This document shows, in pieces, positions 1 to 7,746 of a stretch of DNA of 35,733 nucleotides. The notes beneath the pieces are model-generated. The model worked only from the letters and a program-made list of their open reading frames with translations, had not been told where the DNA came from and made no database searches. This DNA comes from an uncultured Candidatus Saccharibacteria bacterium. Lineage in GTDB: Bacteria; Patescibacteriota; Minisyncoccia; Sungbacterales; SURF-37. The first letter of the stretch is position 1. Every line of letters begins with the position of its first letter. The position numbers were made by a program, and so were the translations under genes. The stretch is from the NCBI GenBank assembly GCA_964361655.1, contig CAYIBD010000001.1:8626-44358 (forward strand), in the 5' to 3' direction.

Positions 1-357
1 CCGTGGGCCGAAATTCCAATATGGTTGAAAGCTGCGGATGTTCTCGTACTGCCCAACACCGGCCGGATGAAGGTCTCGCAGTACTACACCTCGCCGATGA
101 AACTTTTTGAGTACATGGCTTCAGGCCGGCCGATCGTGGCCTCGGACATCCCTTCCATCCGCGAAGTTGTTGATGAGTCAATGGTCCTTTTTGCGACCCC
201 TGATAACCCTCGCTCTTTTGCTGATGCCATCCGGCAGGCGCTCGCAAACCTTGGAGAAGCCAAACGCCGTATAGCCCACGCCCGGCAGGAGGTGGCCCAA
301 TACACCTGGGAGGCCCGGGCCCAGAGGATTTTGTCTCACCTTGGCTTGCAATTTTAA
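1..357 (+). CDS. Glycosyltransferase, GT-B fold (family 1/4), C-terminal fragment; 5' end lies outside the window
   Basis: Frame 1 is open from base 1 (PWAEIPIWLKAADVLVLPN...) to TAA 355-357; the track start at 25 is an internal TTG. Carries the GT1/GT4 C-terminal E-x7-E type segment SPMKLFEYMASGRPIVASDIPSIREVV. Confidence 0.75.
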   Translation, partial: PWAEIPIWLKAADVLVLPNTGRMKVSQYYTSPMKLFEYMASGRPIVASDIPSIREVVDESMVLFATPDNPRSFADAIRQALANLGEAKRRIAHARQEVAQYTWEARAQRILSHLGLQF

Positions 358-374
358 TTAAACTGTTGTAATAT
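346..374 (+). promoter_or_regulatory. Candidate sigma70-type promoter for the downstream + strand operon
   Basis: TTGCAA (346-351), 17-nt AT-rich spacer, TAATAT (369-374), placed about 60 nt upstream of the ATG at 436 in a locally AT-rich gap. Motif match only. Confidence 0.35.
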
Positions 375-435
375 ACCTCTGCTCTTTAGACCGTGGATAC
401 TATTCGGACAACCTAGCCGCGAAGGGAGGAGGAGA

Positions 436-1434
436 ATGGGCAATGAAAGGAAGCCGAGCATCGCCGAGGTTCGGCAGTGGCTGGATGTGCGGAATCCCCT
501 CGCGCTCTCGGGCGCGGAGGTCGGGGTGGTGAGCGAGCGGAACCATCTCATCTATCACGTCACGAAGGGGGAGCGGGTATATGCGCTCCGGCTGATTAAT
601 CCGGAGAGCTACCGTCGGGGCGAGTGGATCTCAATGACCGAGGAATTCGAGATCCTGAAGGCGATCGAGCCGACGGGACTCGGGCCAAGGGCCTATGCGT
701 TCGAGTGGGGGGCTCCCTACATGACGCAGCCATTGTCGTTCATGATCCAGGAGTTCGTTGAGGCTGCCTGCTTCAATGGCTTGAAGCCACTTACCGAGGA
801 GCACCTGGTGGGTGCGGCGTGGGCTATCGCGCTTCTAAACCAGCAGCCGATCAGTCCCGAGCGGTTTCCGTTCATGCGGAAGTATGTTCACGAGGGATTT
901 CAGCGTGCGAAACTTGCCGGGTACTTCCGGCTCGTGGACTCGTTCCGGCGCTTGCCGCGCCGAGACGTTCTCCAGTGGGCGGTCCGCATCATGCCCATCG
1001 TCCGCAAAACGTCGCATCTGCTCACTAAGGCCGAATATCTGTTGCCCTCGGAATTCTCGTTTCATTTCGACGGCGCGCATACCGGCAACACCTACTGGCG
1101 CGACGGCCGGACGGTGTTCCTCGACTGGCAAAAAATCAGTTTGAGGAACGATCCCTCCTTCACGCTCGTTCGCTTTGCCACGTCAGTGGGCGAGAAAGGC
1201 GTGGTGCCGGAGCGTGTATGGGAGACGCTCGTCAACTCGTACCTCGACGTGCGTCCGGACGCCCCCAATTTCCCCGAGCTTGCCTGGGTGCGGCTCCTCG
1301 AGCGCCAGACCGCTGATCTCGTCTGGGTGCTGTGGGACGCGGCGCGCCGTGGCGATCGCCGGCCGGTGGAGGAGGGGACGAGCGTCGTCCACCGGTACGC
1401 GGAGGTGCAGCAGATGCTTCTGCGATACCGCTAG
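436..1434 (+). CDS. Phosphotransferase of the APH / choline-ethanolamine kinase / anomeric sugar kinase fold (paralog 1, motifs intact)
   Basis: ATG 436 preceded by purine-rich SD GAAGGGAGGAGGAGA (421-435). 332 aa. Catalytic-loop-like FHFDGAHTGN and metal-loop-like FLDWQK followed by NDPSFTL, as in APH-family kinases. Confidence 0.7.
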   Translation: MGNERKPSIAEVRQWLDVRNPLALSGAEVGVVSERNHLIYHVTKGERVYALRLINPESYRRGEWISMTEEFEILKAIEPTGLGPRAYAFEWGAPYMTQPLSFMIQEFVEAACFNGLKPLTEEHLVGAAWAIALLNQQPISPERFPFMRKYVHEGFQRAKLAGYFRLVDSFRRLPRRDVLQWAVRIMPIVRKTSHLLTKAEYLLPSEFSFHFDGAHTGNTYWRDGRTVFLDWQKISLRNDPSFTLVRFATSVGEKGVVPERVWETLVNSYLDVRPDAPNFPELAWVRLLERQTADLVWVLWDAARRGDRRPVEEGTSVVHRYAEVQQMLLRYR

Positions 1435-1456
1435 GATGGAGATCTTTGCGCGATAC

Positions 1457-1494
1457 ACGGCGGGTAGCCAGTATGGGCCCGCCGTTTTTCTTTT
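1457..1494 (+). terminator. Rho-independent terminator-like hairpin between the two kinase paralogs
   Basis: ACGGCGGG (1457-1464) pairs perfectly with CCCGCCGT (1478-1485), with a 13-nt loop, and runs directly into TTTTTCTTTT (1485-1494). Confidence 0.55.
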
Positions 1495-1525
1495 GTCTGA
1501 TGTGTGTTACCTTGAAATAGCTAGT

Positions 1526-2509
1526 ATGCAGCAGCCGCCGAGCATTGCCGCGATTACCGGCTGGCTCCGTGCCAAGCGTCCACTCGGCATCAGCGACCCT
1601 ATCACGGTGACGGATATTGATCCCAAGCCATGGTCGGGCCATTTTAATTACCTCGTGACCGCACCGGGGCAGCGCTTCGTGCTCCGCTTTAAAGGGCCGG
1701 AGTGGGGCGAGCCGGCGAGCGGGATCGTCAACGAGTACGAGAATTTGAAACTGCTTGAGTCCTATGCCGTGGGGCCGCGTGTTTTCGGGCTAGAGCAAGA
1801 TTTCTTCGGTGAGCCGGCGATGTTCATGGAGTTCCTCGAGGGTAAGCCGCTCTCCGCATATGACTCCACGGAGCAGATGCGCTTCTTCCCGGAGGTGCTC
1901 CGCCTCATCGCAGCCGTCAACCGCATCCCCCACGAGACGCTGCCGCTTAAGCTCGACGAACCCTACGTGAGTTACGAGCGCTCTTGGCAGGCCTGGCAGG
2001 AGCGTTTGAGCGTCATACGGGGAGCGTCGCAGCTTCAGGAGTGGGCCGGCCGGCTCGAGGCACTCCTGCCTCGTGTCGAGACCATGCTGGATCGCTTTGA
2101 GCCACGGCTCGAGCGCGTGCTCAAAGCCGTGGGCCCTTCCTTCATTTTCGCAAGTGCCCACGGTGGTCACTGCTTTCCCACCGGCGATGGGCTTCGCTTC
2201 ATCAACTGGGAGAAGACGAGCTCTGGCGACCCAAGCTTCACCCTTGCGGTCTTTCTTGCCTCGATCAGCGCACGTCCGGATTTCGAGACCGTGAAAACCC
2301 GGATGGTGGAGGAATATACTGCCGAGGTGCCAATACCGGAGTTTTCGGCATTGTTAGAAGAGCGCCTCGCTGAACGAGAAGTTTCAAACCTCTTTTGGGT
2401 GCTTTGGGCTTACGTCAACCGCAGGGATACCGCGCCGCCGGATACAGCCACCGGAGCGCCAGCGCGCTACGAGCGCGTTTTAGAAATTTTGGACCGTTAC
2501 GCGGCATGA
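1526..2509 (+). CDS. APH/choline-kinase-fold protein, paralog 2, with catalytic positions substituted (candidate pseudokinase)
   Basis: Track ORF 1175-2509 overlaps the upstream gene out of frame. N-terminal similarity to paralog 1 (QPPSIAAITGWL vs KPSIAEVRQWL) and the hairpin at 1457-1494 favour ATG 1526; ATG 1436 is the alternative. FIFASAHGGHCFPTGDGLRFINWEKTSSGDPSFTL aligns with the catalytic segment of paralog 1. Confidence 0.6.
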   Translation: MQQPPSIAAITGWLRAKRPLGISDPITVTDIDPKPWSGHFNYLVTAPGQRFVLRFKGPEWGEPASGIVNEYENLKLLESYAVGPRVFGLEQDFFGEPAMFMEFLEGKPLSAYDSTEQMRFFPEVLRLIAAVNRIPHETLPLKLDEPYVSYERSWQAWQERLSVIRGASQLQEWAGRLEALLPRVETMLDRFEPRLERVLKAVGPSFIFASAHGGHCFPTGDGLRFINWEKTSSGDPSFTLAVFLASISARPDFETVKTRMVEEYTAEVPIPEFSALLEERLAEREVSNLFWVLWAYVNRRDTAPPDTATGAPARYERVLEILDRYAA

Positions 2510-4224
2510 AGATGCAGTTTCTCCGCCTCCACTGGCCGGCGCTGGCGCTTGCGCTCCTGGTGGGGTTAGTCATGGTCCTCCCAGCGCTTGGCGCCAAGCT
2601 CCGCTCCGGTATCTCGTTTGATCACCCGGCGAACATCCGCATTGACGATGAGTATTGGTACTTTGCCCGGATTCGTGAGGTGCTGGACGGCCACCCCACC
2701 ATCGGCAACCCCTACCTCTGGGAGCATAAATCCAAGCCACCCTCGCCGGTGTTCCTGGGTGAATGGATTCTCGCCCAGCCGATTCGTCTCGTTGGCGGAG
2801 GCGTGGTTGCCTGGGGCGTCATCTATGATTTTTTCCTGCCAGCAATCATCACCCTTCTCACGTACTCGTGTCTCTACGTCATCACCCGTCTCCGGTGGCT
2901 CGCGGTGCTCGGTGCGGTCTTCCTCATTCTCGGTTGGTCGCCGAGCGACTTTGGTCGCGCCGTGAGTCCGCAATTCAACTTCGTCTTTTGGCTTTCGCAG
3001 TTTTTGCTCCTCGAGCGGCTTGTACGGGCACATGAGGCCGCAAGACCGCTTAGCCGCCTGGCCGTACTCTCGGCGGTCAATTTCGGCCTCCTCTTCTACC
3101 TCTATCCCTACTATTGGTCATTTTACTTCGTGCTCTTGGCGTTCCTCGGCGCACTCTTTTGGTATCGGCGTGAACGGCGGATGGTTGGAGCGCTACTCAT
3201 TACACTTGGCGGAGGTCTCGTCATCGCTGCCCCTTTTTTCCTACACACACTCCGCGCTATGCAGTTGCCGGAATACGCTGAGACGCTCCGGCGGATCAGT
3301 ATGATCGACTCGCACTTCCCTTCGGGGATAGCTATCGTGGTTCCGGGGCTTGCCCTGCTTGCCGTCGTCGGAGCGCTCACCTGGAAGGGAATCGTACCGC
3401 GGACACGACACCTTGCCGTTCTCGTGGTCGGGGTTTTCGCGATCATGCTTTCGGCAAATCAGCATGTGCTGACCGGCCGCAATTTTGAGTTCTCCTCGCA
3501 CTACGCGCCGCTTGCGCTTTTTTGGTTCACCTTCCTCGGCGGCTTCCTCATCTCGGCGGTATGGTTGCGGCTCGGCGCGATGCGATTCCGTATCGGCTGC
3601 GGAATCGCACTCGTGGTCATCGCCATGGCGGCGTGGAATTTCCGAGATACCGGGGCGTGGTTCCGGCCGCTGCCGGCCGAAGCTCTGGCCGCGAGCGCCG
3701 AAAACCTTGAGCTCTTCGCGTGGCTCAACGAGCATGCCGAGCCGGATGCGGTGGTCTTCGCGCCGCTCTCGGTTTCTCACCTCATGCCCATCTACACCGC
3801 TGCGAACGTTTTTTTTGCCGTGCCCGCCCGATTGTCTTTTCTCCCCGACGCTGAAGTGCTCGACCGCTTTCTCCTCAACCACTACGGTGAGAGGGTTAGC
3901 CGTGAAGGGGTGCTCGCGAACGAGCGCGCAATCTTCGGAGTGCAATTCATCAACGCCGCTGCCCACGCCCGCCAGGGGAATAAGCTCCGCGGCCTGCTGG
4001 GCCTCCGGCAAAAGCCGGTAGATCCGCTGCCGGATGAGGCCGTGGAGAGGGCTCTCGAGCGTTGGCGCGAGCTCGGCCGCACTGATTTCAGAAGCGCACT
4101 CGAGCGCTACCGCGTCGATTACCTCGTGAGCGAGACGGCGCGACCGTCGCCGGCAGCTTTGGCCATTCGGTCATTCGCCGCAGGGGACCGCGTTGGGAGA
4201 TTTTCCATCTTCAAACTGCGCTAG
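2506..4224 (+). CDS. Polytopic membrane protein, GT-C-like (candidate lipid-linked-sugar glycosyltransferase or polymerase)
   Basis: ATG 2506 overlaps the upstream TGA (ATGA). It starts MKMQFLRLHWPALALALLVGLVMVL, has about a dozen hydrophobic segments, then a soluble C-terminal domain. The acidic first-loop motif IRIDDEYWYFARIRE is reminiscent of GT-C enzymes. Family not recognised with certainty. Confidence 0.45.
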   Translation: MKMQFLRLHWPALALALLVGLVMVLPALGAKLRSGISFDHPANIRIDDEYWYFARIREVLDGHPTIGNPYLWEHKSKPPSPVFLGEWILAQPIRLVGGGVVAWGVIYDFFLPAIITLLTYSCLYVITRLRWLAVLGAVFLILGWSPSDFGRAVSPQFNFVFWLSQFLLLERLVRAHEAARPLSRLAVLSAVNFGLLFYLYPYYWSFYFVLLAFLGALFWYRRERRMVGALLITLGGGLVIAAPFFLHTLRAMQLPEYAETLRRISMIDSHFPSGIAIVVPGLALLAVVGALTWKGIVPRTRHLAVLVVGVFAIMLSANQHVLTGRNFEFSSHYAPLALFWFTFLGGFLISAVWLRLGAMRFRIGCGIALVVIAMAAWNFRDTGAWFRPLPAEALAASAENLELFAWLNEHAEPDAVVFAPLSVSHLMPIYTAANVFFAVPARLSFLPDAEVLDRFLLNHYGERVSREGVLANERAIFGVQFINAAAHARQGNKLRGLLGLRQKPVDPLPDEAVERALERWRELGRTDFRSALERYRVDYLVSETARPSPAALAIRSFAAGDRVGRFSIFKLR

Positions 4225-4273
4225 AACCGCTTAAGACCGCACGGGGGTAAGATAAGGATAGACAGAGTCATTT

Positions 4274-4966
4274 ATGGATATTACGGCCGCAATCATCCTT
4301 GCGGGCGGCAAAGGAACTCGGCTGCCGCTGTCAGCGCGCGATATACCAAAGGCGTTGGTTGACGTTGGGGGCAGGCCGATCCTCGCCCATCAAATTGATT
4401 GGCTCGTCAGTTCCGGTTTCGAGCGCATACGCCTCGCACTCGGACATCGCGCCGAGGCCGTTATTTCCTTCGCGGATGGGGCTGGGTACCGCTGCGAGTA
4501 TATGGTCGAACCCGAACCCCTTGGCACCGGTGGGGCGGTGAAGTTCGCGAGCCACGGTCTGACCGAGCCCTTCCTGGTTTTGAATGGCGACATCCTCGCT
4601 GATTTTGACTTTGCGGCCATCATCCGCGCCCATCAGCCGGATACTGCCCTCCTCGTCTCGCATTGGCGCGATGATGCCAGCGACTTTGGGCTCTTGGAGA
4701 TTGATGGCGAGGAATCGGTGCGTGAGTTCCGTGAGAAACCGGAACGGCGCGAACCCGGCCACATCAACGCCGGATGCTACATCCTCCATCCGGAGGATGT
4801 TCATGCCGTTCCGCAGCGGGCGTTCATGCTCGAGCAGGAACTTTTCCCGAAGCTCGCCGCCGCGGGACGGCTCAAGACCCATATCCACCGCGGATGGTGG
4901 GAGGATCTGGGCACGGAGGAGCGCCTCGAACGGGCACGCTCGGTATTCGCCGGGAAGTATGGGTAG
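4274..4966 (+). CDS. Small NTP-transferase (sugar-1-phosphate or phospho-alcohol nucleotidyltransferase; HddC/MurU/LicC-like)
   Basis: N-terminal pyrophosphorylase signature AIILAGGKGTRL and PKALVDVGGRPIL. 230 aa, the size class of HddC, MurU and LicC. Confidence 0.8.
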   Translation: MDITAAIILAGGKGTRLPLSARDIPKALVDVGGRPILAHQIDWLVSSGFERIRLALGHRAEAVISFADGAGYRCEYMVEPEPLGTGGAVKFASHGLTEPFLVLNGDILADFDFAAIIRAHQPDTALLVSHWRDDASDFGLLEIDGEESVREFREKPERREPGHINAGCYILHPEDVHAVPQRAFMLEQELFPKLAAAGRLKTHIHRGWWEDLGTEERLERARSVFAGKYG

Positions 4967-6071
4967 TCGCGCCACGCCGCGGATCGTCTACGTGCTGCCG
5001 GAATACGACGAGAATACCGGCAGTCATTTTTTTCATTTGTATGAACTGGTGCGGCGGGCGGCCGGGGTACTGGATCTCTTGGTGGTGATTGAGGGGGCTC
5101 GCGGTGACCCGCGAGGCCTCGCGGCGTCATACTACCGCCAGCGTTTCTCCTGGCCGCCCTTGAGGTTCTTGGAGCTCTTGGCCGTGCTCATTCGCGAGCG
5201 GCTCCGCGGTTGCCGCAATTTCTATGTTCACTATTCGTTCTACGGCGCCATTACCGCCTGGTCGGTGGCGCGCACGCTGGGCGGCCGAGTTTTTTACTGG
5301 AATTCCGGGGAGCCGTGGAAATACGCTCGGCCGCGGTTGGAGGAGACCGTGTTCCGGTTCATTCTGCGGCACACGATTCTCGTTACCAATCCGCCCGGCC
5401 TGGCCGAAGAATACCGCCAGCGCTACCGCCTGCGGCCGGATCGTATCCGCATCCTTCCGCACTTTATTGAGGTGGCAAGGTTTCAGGCACCAGGCACTAG
5501 GGAACAGGCACGGCCGAAGCTTGGATTGCGCGAGGACGCAAAGATAGTTCTGTTCGTGCACCGACTGTCGCGGCGAAAGGGCGCTCACCTCCTTTCGGAA
5601 ATAGCTGCGGCTGTTATCAAACTGGAGAGGCGTGCTATGTTTATTGTGGTTGGCGATGGACCGGAGAAAAAGAATCTTGAATCAAGAATCAAGAATCAAG
5701 GGCTGGAGCCGTATGTCCGGTTGGTTGGTGAAGTTCCGCAACGGGACATCGTGCCGTACTTCCACGCCGCCGACGTTTTTCTGCTTCCATCGGAGGAAGA
5801 GGGCTTCCCGCACGTCCTCCTGGAGGCCGCGGCTGCTGGCGTGCCGTTCGTGGCAGCAGATGTCGGGGGGATCCGGGAGATGCTTCCGCCGGCGCTCAAT
5901 CACTGGCTTGCCCCCAGCGGCGACGTGGGTATCTTTTCCTCAAAGCTCCTCGAGCTCCTGGTACTTCCCCAATCAGATCTGGAGCGTGTTGCCCCGGCAG
6001 TGCAGGTATGGGTGCAGCAGTATGACATTGATGCCGTGCTTTCGGGGTTCGTAGGCCTCTTTCGATCATGA
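4959..6071 (+). CDS. Glycosyltransferase family 1/4 (GT-B)
   Basis: Track ORF 4584-6071 has an out-of-frame overlap with the upstream gene. ATG 4959 (MGSRATPRIVYVLPEY...) gives an 8-nt overlap. C-terminal EEEGFPHVLLEAAAAGVPFVAADVGGIREML motif. Confidence 0.8.
   Translation: MGSRATPRIVYVLPEYDENTGSHFFHLYELVRRAAGVLDLLVVIEGARGDPRGLAASYYRQRFSWPPLRFLELLAVLIRERLRGCRNFYVHYSFYGAITAWSVARTLGGRVFYWNSGEPWKYARPRLEETVFRFILRHTILVTNPPGLAEEYRQRYRLRPDRIRILPHFIEVARFQAPGTREQARPKLGLREDAKIVLFVHRLSRRKGAHLLSEIAAAVIKLERRAMFIVVGDGPEKKNLESRIKNQGLEPYVRLVGEVPQRDIVPYFHAADVFLLPSEEEGFPHVLLEAAAAGVPFVAADVGGIREMLPPALNHWLAPSGDVGIFSSKLLELLVLPQSDLERVAPAVQVWVQQYDIDAVLSGFVGLFRS
5679..5700 (+). repeat. Perfect heptanucleotide tandem repeat (GAATCAA)x3 inside the GT1 coding region
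   Basis: gaatcaa at 5679-5685, 5686-5692 and 5693-5699, then g. A near-copy agaatct lies at 5671-5677. Encodes ...LESRIKNQG... Confidence 0.8.
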
Positions 6072-6529
6072 ACGCACGGAGAGTTTTTTATCAGGCAATA
6101 CATCCGTTCCGAAAGCTCTACTGGTTTGTCGTTCGCCCGAGGACCTATGGCGTGAAGTGCCTCATTGAGTGTGATGGCAAGCTTTTGCTGATCCGCAATA
6201 CCTACGGAAAGATGCATTGGACATTTCCGGGCGGGGGTGTTGGTCGGAACGAATTACCGGAAGCAGCGGTGCGTCGTGAAGTTGTAGAAGAAGTTGGCAT
6301 TCAGTTGGGAGAGGTGGTGTACCTCGGTCACTACTTCAATATCAAAGAGCATAAACGGGATACCGTTTATTGTTCCTATGTGCACGTTACGAACTCGACG
6401 TTTGCGTTGGATGCGGTGGAGATACAGGAAGCGGCATGGTTTCGGGCCGATGCACTCCCCCAGCCGCTTTCGCCTGCGGTCACAAAGGTGTTAGCACTTC
6501 ATCGCAGCAAATCATCCGCATATCTGTAG
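6068..6529 (+). CDS. NUDIX hydrolase
   Basis: ATGA overlap with the upstream stop. Canonical Nudix box G-x5-E-x7-REUxEExGU present as GGVGRNELPEAAVRREVVEEVGI. Confidence 0.85.
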   Translation: MNARRVFYQAIHPFRKLYWFVVRPRTYGVKCLIECDGKLLLIRNTYGKMHWTFPGGGVGRNELPEAAVRREVVEEVGIQLGEVVYLGHYFNIKEHKRDTVYCSYVHVTNSTFALDAVEIQEAAWFRADALPQPLSPAVTKVLALHRSKSSAYL

Positions 6530-6559
6530 ATTCGCATTCCATCCGTAGATCTGCATCAC

Positions 6560-7327
6560 ATGAGTGTCCGCATCATCATCCCCACCTATAACGAAGCCGA
6601 GAATATCGTTCAGTTGATCACCGAGCTTTTGGCAGTGATGCCGAACGATACTCGGATTCTGGTGGCTGATGACGGATCGCCGGATGGCACGGCGGAGCTC
6701 GTAAGTAATCTCATGAGGCGGGATCCCCGCGTCGCGCTGATCAGTCGGCCCGGCAAAATGGGCATGGGCTCGGCGTATCAGGCCGCATTCCGTACGGTCC
6801 TCGATGAGGGCGAGGACGATCTGATTGTCACCATGGACGCCGACTTCTCGCATAACCCCAGCTATGTCCCTGAACTTGTGCGGCAGTGCGAGACCCATGA
6901 CCTCGTGGTCGGCTCGCGCTACGTCAAGGGCGGAGGCATTCAAAACTGGGAACTCTGGCGGCGTTTACTTTCCTGGGGCGGCAACCTCTATGTCCGCCTC
7001 ATCACCGGCACGCCCATCCGCGATGCCACAGCCGGATTTTCCTGTATGCGGACCGAATTCCTCCGTCGGGTGCCCTTCGAGAAGGTGCGGGCTACCGGAT
7101 ACGCTTGGTGGTTCACGCTCCGTATGATGTTTTATCGTCGGGGAGCGCGCATTACTGAAATTCCGATTATCTTCACCGAGCGGCGGTTGGGTAAATCAAA
7201 AATTTCCACCCATATCATCTACGAGGGGCTGATCGAACCATGGCGCATCCGGTTTTGGCGGCGGGTGCCGCGGAAACCGGATGAAGGGCGAACCCCAAAA
7301 ACCCCAACCCGAGCCAACCCCGAATGA
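6560..7327 (+). CDS. GT2 polyprenyl-phosphate glycosyltransferase (Dpm1/Ppm1/ArnC-like)
   Basis: IIIPTYNEAENI, VADDGSPDGT and MDADFSHNP motifs typical of dolichyl/undecaprenyl-phosphate sugar synthases. Has an unusual Pro/Thr/Lys-rich C-terminal tail GRTPKTPTRANPE. Confidence 0.85.
   Translation: MSVRIIIPTYNEAENIVQLITELLAVMPNDTRILVADDGSPDGTAELVSNLMRRDPRVALISRPGKMGMGSAYQAAFRTVLDEGEDDLIVTMDADFSHNPSYVPELVRQCETHDLVVGSRYVKGGGIQNWELWRRLLSWGGNLYVRLITGTPIRDATAGFSCMRTEFLRRVPFEKVRATGYAWWFTLRMMFYRRGARITEIPIIFTERRLGKSKISTHIIYEGLIEPWRIRFWRRVPRKPDEGRTPKTPTRANPE
7291..7322 (+). repeat. C/A-rich block (AACCCC-type runs) forming the left flank of the four-helix-bundle gene
   Basis: aaccccaaaaaccccaacccgagccaaccccg. 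It is a compositional complement of the G/T-rich block at 7695-7746. Confidence 0.6.
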
Positions 7328-7683
7328 CCGAAATCCAAAGTAAGAAACACTACGATCTTGATGAACGAACATTCCACTTTGCTAAGCGCGCATTTCAGTA
7401 TTTCAGTAGCCTACCTAAAACTCCAGCCAATATCGAAACTGCGAAACAGGGGATACGGGCAGCTGGATCCATTGGCGCAAACTATATTGAAGCTGATGAG
7501 GCATTGAGTAAGAAAGATTTTGTGATGCGTATTAAGATTTCACGAAAGGAATCAAAAGAGGAAGTCTATTGGCTTAGACTTTCAGAACCAAGGCCTGATC
7601 AAGAGAATGAACGCGCAGCGCTTATTCAGGAGGCTACCGAACTGATGAAAATCTTCGGTTCTATTATTTCGAAGTTGAGGTAA
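7324..7683 (+). CDS. Four-helix-bundle protein of the 23S rRNA intervening-sequence protein / Avd family
   Basis: 119 aa. ERTFHFAKRAF..., GSIGANYIEADEALSKKDFVMRIKISRKESKEEVYWLRL matches the family signature as I remember it. ATGA overlap with the GT2 stop. Clearly AT-richer than its neighbours. Confidence 0.85.
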   Translation: MTEIQSKKHYDLDERTFHFAKRAFQYFSSLPKTPANIETAKQGIRAAGSIGANYIEADEALSKKDFVMRIKISRKESKEEVYWLRLSEPRPDQENERAALIQEATELMKIFGSIISKLR

Positions 7684-7694
7684 GATTTTGATCA

Positions 7695-7746
7695 TTTGGG
7701 CTTTGGGTTTGTTTAGGGTTTAGGGTTTAGGACTTAGGGCTTAGAA
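7695..7746 (+). repeat. Degenerate G/T-rich heptad tandem repeat (TTTGGGN / TTTAGGG type, about 7 units)
   Basis: tttgggc tttgggt ttg tttaggg tttaggg tttagga cttaggg cttagaa. It ends 4 nt before ATG 7750. Confidence 0.75.

Noticed and set aside
1175-1525. Long N-terminal extensions of track ORFs (starts at 1175, 2395, 4584, 16048, 18408, 20926, 23403, 25084, 17563)
   Set aside because: Each extension overlaps the upstream gene out of frame and translates to Arg/Ser/Pro-rich junk. Internal ATGs that create ATGA-type junctions or follow an SD, and that begin the conserved family N-termini, are much more plausible.
3241-4011. 256-aa minus-strand ORF inside the GT-C-like membrane protein gene
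   Set aside because: An antisense shadow ORF with highly charged, Arg/Glu/Pro-rich composition and no SD. The + frame encodes coherent transmembrane segments.
7324-7683. The four-helix-bundle gene as the Avd component of a diversity-generating retroelement
   Set aside because: Avd belongs to the same fold family. However, there is no reverse transcriptase ORF and no template/variable repeat pair anywhere in the window, so a DGR is not supported here.
7712-7746. TTTAGGG repeats as a genuine telomere or eukaryotic contamination
   Set aside because: There are only about five degenerate units. They are embedded between two bacterial-type genes with an SD and overlapping operon structure, and they are mirrored by a C-rich block on the other side of a single small gene.
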